IMG/VR virus record: IMGVR_UViG_3300037427_002699
Span: 1-27,356 of that record
Strand: one strand, 5' to 3'
DNA length: 27,356 nucleotides
From: a virus
Lineage: Duplodnaviria; Caudoviricetes
Below the pieces are notes generated by a model. The model was not told the DNA's origin. It did no database searches and was given only the letters and a program-made list of their open reading frames with translations. This document shows positions 24,795-27,356 of this stretch, in pieces; position 1 is the stretch's first letter; each line of letters opens with the position of its first letter. The translations under genes were made by a program, and so were the position numbers.

Positions 24795-25591
24795 TGTTAG
24801 GTACTTATTATTACCATGAAATAATGCGAAAGACGATTGTGTCTTTTGGTACTTTATTCAATCAAATTCATATTCGTCATGATGACGCTGCAGGAAGTAC
24901 GTATAGTGAACTTAAGGTTCCATTAGCATATGGTCCTGCTCAAAAGTTTTTAGCAAGATTAGAACAACAGGCAGATTTAAATAAACCTGTTCAAACTACA
25001 CTTCCTAGAATGTCATTTGAAATGACTTCAGTGAATTATGATTCTACAAGAAAGGTTGGTGTAACTCAGACATTTAAGGCATCTGATGGAACCAATATGA
25101 AAAAGGTTTATATGCCAGTTCCTTATAATGTTGGATTTGAATTGAATATTTTAACTAAGTTAAATGATGATGCATTACAAATTGTAGAACAGATACTTCC
25201 ATATTTTCAACCATCATTTAATCTAACTGTAGATTTGGTAAAATCAATAGGAGAAAAGAGAGATATACCAATTGTTTTGGATAGTATTAATTTTCAAGAT
25301 GATTATGAGGGTGATTTTTCTACAAGAAGAGCATTAATATACACATTAAACTTTACAGCAAAAACATACTTATTTGGTCCTGTTGCAGAGTCTTCAGAGG
25401 GTCTTATTAAGAAAGTTCAGGTTGATTATCACACTGATACTAACGTTAAGACATCAAAACGTGAAATGAGGTATACTGTTACTCCTACTCCATCTGATGC
25501 TGGACCAGATGATGATTTTGGATTTAGTGAAACAACATCTATTTTCTCTGATGCTAAATCATATAGTCCAACACAAAGGAAGGATATTTAA
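24794..25591 (+). CDS. g15: Tail sheath stabilizer / tail terminator gp15
   Basis: YYYHEIMRK.IVSFGTLFN, KVPLAYGPAQKFLARL, LPRMSFE, PVPYN..FEL, QIVEQILPYFQP, DDYEGDF..RR..IYTL.F.AK.YLFGP. Confidence 0.95.
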   Translation: MLGTYYYHEIMRKTIVSFGTLFNQIHIRHDDAAGSTYSELKVPLAYGPAQKFLARLEQQADLNKPVQTTLPRMSFEMTSVNYDSTRKVGVTQTFKASDGTNMKKVYMPVPYNVGFELNILTKLNDDALQIVEQILPYFQPSFNLTVDLVKSIGEKRDIPIVLDSINFQDDYEGDFSTRRALIYTLNFTAKTYLFGPVAESSEGLIKKVQVDYHTDTNVKTSKREMRYTVTPTPSDAGPDDDFGFSETTSIFSDAKSYSPTQRKDI

Positions 25592-25596
25592 TTATT

Positions 25597-26055
25597 ATGT
25601 CTAGTTATGATTCTATTGATGAAGCTCTAAACACTACTAGTGAAATTGAGGTGAGTAATACCCCCGAAGGTGGTGGTATTAGGAGAAAGGATAGACTAAA
25701 AGATGTGACTAATGATGTAGGAAAGGATTACGATTATACTCGTGCCAATCTATATTCATTAATTGAAAAGGGACAAGAAACTCTTAATGGTATAATGGAA
25801 CTTGCAGGTGAAAGTGCAAGTCCAAGAGCATATGAAGTTGCAGGACAGATTATTAAGTCTGTTGCTGATACTACTGATAAGTTAATGGATTTGCAAAAGA
25901 AGGTTAAGGAAGTTGATGAGGAGAAAGTAAAAGGTCCAAGTCAAGTTACAAACAATGCTTTATTTGTTGGGTCAACATCAGATTTATCTAAGATGATTAA
26001 ACAACAATTTCTAAATACTAATAACACTAAAGATATTAAAAATGAAAAAGTGTAG
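25597..26055 (+). CDS. g16: Terminase small subunit gp16
   Basis: DYDYTRANLYSLIEKGQE...A....PRAYEVAGQIIK.VAD..DKL.DLQ and VTNNALFVGST.DL are typical of cyanomyovirus gp16. Synteny g15-g16-g17. Confidence 0.92.
   Translation: MSSYDSIDEALNTTSEIEVSNTPEGGGIRRKDRLKDVTNDVGKDYDYTRANLYSLIEKGQETLNGIMELAGESASPRAYEVAGQIIKSVADTTDKLMDLQKKVKEVDEEKVKGPSQVTNNALFVGSTSDLSKMIKQQFLNTNNTKDIKNEKV
26010..26017 (+). promoter_or_regulatory. Putative late promoter variant (TCTAAATA) inside the 3' end of g16
   Basis: One mismatch to TATAAATA, 24 nt upstream of the ATG at 26042. Confidence 0.6.
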
Positions 26056-26293
26056 GATTGGTTATTATTATTGCAATACTGATAAGTGTTGTAAGATAAT
26101 CCCTAGAGGATGGCATGTAGGTCGTGGTGGATATATAGAACCAAATGAAGATGGTAAGAATGGGAAAAATGGAAATGGAAATGGAAATGGTGGTTCTGAG
26201 AATGGTAATGGTGGTAACGGAAATGGTGGAAATGGTAATGGTGGTGGAATGGGAGAATCATATTCTTGGAGAAAAGATTTTGGATTAAAGTGA
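26042..26293 (+). CDS. Small hypothetical protein with Cys-rich N-terminus and Gly/Asn low-complexity tract (83 aa)
   Basis: Fills the g16-g17 gap almost exactly, overlaps the g16 end by 14 nt and follows a late-promoter-like box. The repeat tract keeps codon phase with synonymous variation (GGT/GGA/GGG, AAT/AAC), which suggests selection on the protein. Confidence 0.75.
   Translation: MKKCRIGYYYCNTDKCCKIIPRGWHVGRGGYIEPNEDGKNGKNGNGNGNGGSENGNGGNGNGGNGNGGGMGESYSWRKDFGLK
26153..26248 (+). repeat. Degenerate AATGG(A/T) tandem repeat encoding (NG/NGG)n
   Basis: Seen directly. Includes a perfect (AATGGA)3 at 26168-26185. Confidence 0.85.
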
Positions 26294-26296
26294 GGT
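26292..26296 (+). promoter_or_regulatory. Shine-Dalgarno site for g17
   Basis: GAGGT 7 nt upstream of ATG 26304, overlapping the TGA stop of the 83-aa ORF. Confidence 0.7.
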
Positions 26297-26303
26297 TTAT
26301 TTT

Positions 26304-27356
26304 ATGTCTGCAGCTGAAGTATATCTAGGTAATCCCAACCTAAAAAAGGCAAATACGCCTATAGAATTTTCTCAGGATAATATTCTTGAGTTTTTGAAGT
26401 GTAAAGATGATCCCATATATTTTACTAGAAAGTATATAAAAATTGTCTCTCTTGATGAGGGACTAGTACCTTTTAATATGTACGATTTCCAAGAGAAATT
26501 GATTAGAAGGTTCCATGATAATAGATTTAATATCTGTAAGATGCCTCGTCAGACAGGTAAATCTACTACATGTATATCATATCTTTTACATTATGCGGTT
26601 TTTAATGATAATGTAAATATTGCTGTTCTGGCAAACAAGGCATCTACTGCTAGAGATTTACTTGGCAGATTACAACTGGCATATGAAAATTTGCCTAGAT
26701 GGATGCAACAAGGTATAATATCATGGAATAAAGGTTCTTTAGAGTTAGAAAATGGATCAAAAATATCGGCAAACTCTACTTCTTCATCTGCTGTCCGAGG
26801 TGGATCCTATAATGTCATCTTTCTTGACGAGTTCGCCTTCATACCGAATCACATTGCTGACGACTTCTTTGCCTCTGTTTATCCTACTATCACGTCTGGA
26901 CAAAGTACTAAAGTAATTATTGTTTCTACCCCAAGGGGTATGAATCATTTCTATCGTATGTGGCACGATAGTGAAAAAGGTAAGAGTGAATATGTTCCTA
27001 CTGATGTTCATTGGAGTGAAGTTCCTGGTAGGGATGCTGTATGGAAAGAGCAAACTATTGCAAACACATCAGAAGCACAATTTAAGATTGAGTTTGAATG
27101 TGAATTCTTAGGTTCTGTTAACACACTTATCAATCCAGCAAAACTTAGAAATTTAATATATGAAGAACCATTAAAACGAAATGCAGGTCTTGATATTTAC
27201 AAAGAACCAATAAAAGAACATAATTATGTAATGACTGTTGATGTAGCAAGAGGTTTAGGTAACGATTATTCTGCATTTATAGTTTTTGATACTACAGAGT
27301 TTCCATATGAAGTTGTTGCAAAATATAGAAATAATGAAATAAAACCAATGTTATTT
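26304..27356 (+). CDS. g17: Terminase large subunit gp17, 3'-truncated (not in supplied ORF track)
   Basis: Manual translation gives MSAAEVYLGNPNLKKAN...YDFQ...KMPRQTGKSTT (Walker A)...VIFLDEFAF (Walker B)...IVSTP (coupling motif)...MTVDVARGLGNDYSAF (nuclease Asp). The frame is open to the window end, 351 codons. Confidence 0.97.
   Translation, partial: MSAAEVYLGNPNLKKANTPIEFSQDNILEFLKCKDDPIYFTRKYIKIVSLDEGLVPFNMYDFQEKLIRRFHDNRFNICKMPRQTGKSTTCISYLLHYAVFNDNVNIAVLANKASTARDLLGRLQLAYENLPRWMQQGIISWNKGSLELENGSKISANSTSSSAVRGGSYNVIFLDEFAFIPNHIADDFFASVYPTITSGQSTKVIIVSTPRGMNHFYRMWHDSEKGKSEYVPTDVHWSEVPGRDAVWKEQTIANTSEAQFKIEFECEFLGSVNTLINPAKLRNLIYEEPLKRNAGLDIYKEPIKEHNYVMTVDVARGLGNDYSAFIVFDTTEFPYEVVAKYRNNEIKPMLF

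Noticed and set aside
26153-26248. Repeat tract as CRISPR-like array, DGR element or phase-variation switch
   Set aside because: There are no spacers, no template/variable repeat pair and no reverse transcriptase. The unit length is a multiple of 3, so slippage would not shift the frame.
3528-27053. All minus-strand ORFs in the track (e.g. 17951-18442, 24125-24589, 26784-27053)
   Set aside because: They lie wholly or almost wholly antisense to well-supported genes and show no recognisable motifs. They are expected shadows of the + strand codon bias.
26304-27356. Intein or intron in the large terminase
   Set aside because: Manual translation is continuous and the Walker A, Walker B, coupling and nuclease motifs are normally spaced.
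1-27356. Stop-codon reassignment or programmed frameshifting
   Set aside because: All genes read intact under the standard code, TAA, TGA and TAG all serve as stops, and no gene appears split.

Overview
AT-rich window, coded entirely on the + strand, from a T4-like myovirus of the marine cyanomyovirus type. The lineage is inferred from gene order and protein motifs; the host cannot be proven from this window. It holds the virion morphogenesis module: a 5'-truncated giant baseplate wedge initiator (gp7-like, >3850 aa in the window), baseplate wedge gp8, a 2540-aa VrlC/DUF4815-like structural protein, two small conserved ORFs, a 347-aa fibre-like protein, neck proteins gp13 and gp14, tail terminator gp15, small terminase gp16, an 83-aa Cys/Gly-Asn-rich ORF, and a 3'-truncated large terminase gp17 (start 26304, missing from the ORF track). 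Three T4-type late promoter boxes lie just upstream of gene starts. I found no RNA genes, CRISPR arrays, introns, inteins or mobile elements. The most unusual signals are at protein level: a G-[IV]-[GSAT]-[TS] tetrapeptide heavily repeated in several virion proteins but absent from the terminase subunits, a repeat domain nested inside another copy of itself in gp7, a split YHYH-like domain, and a g16-g17 interval reduced to one small late gene.
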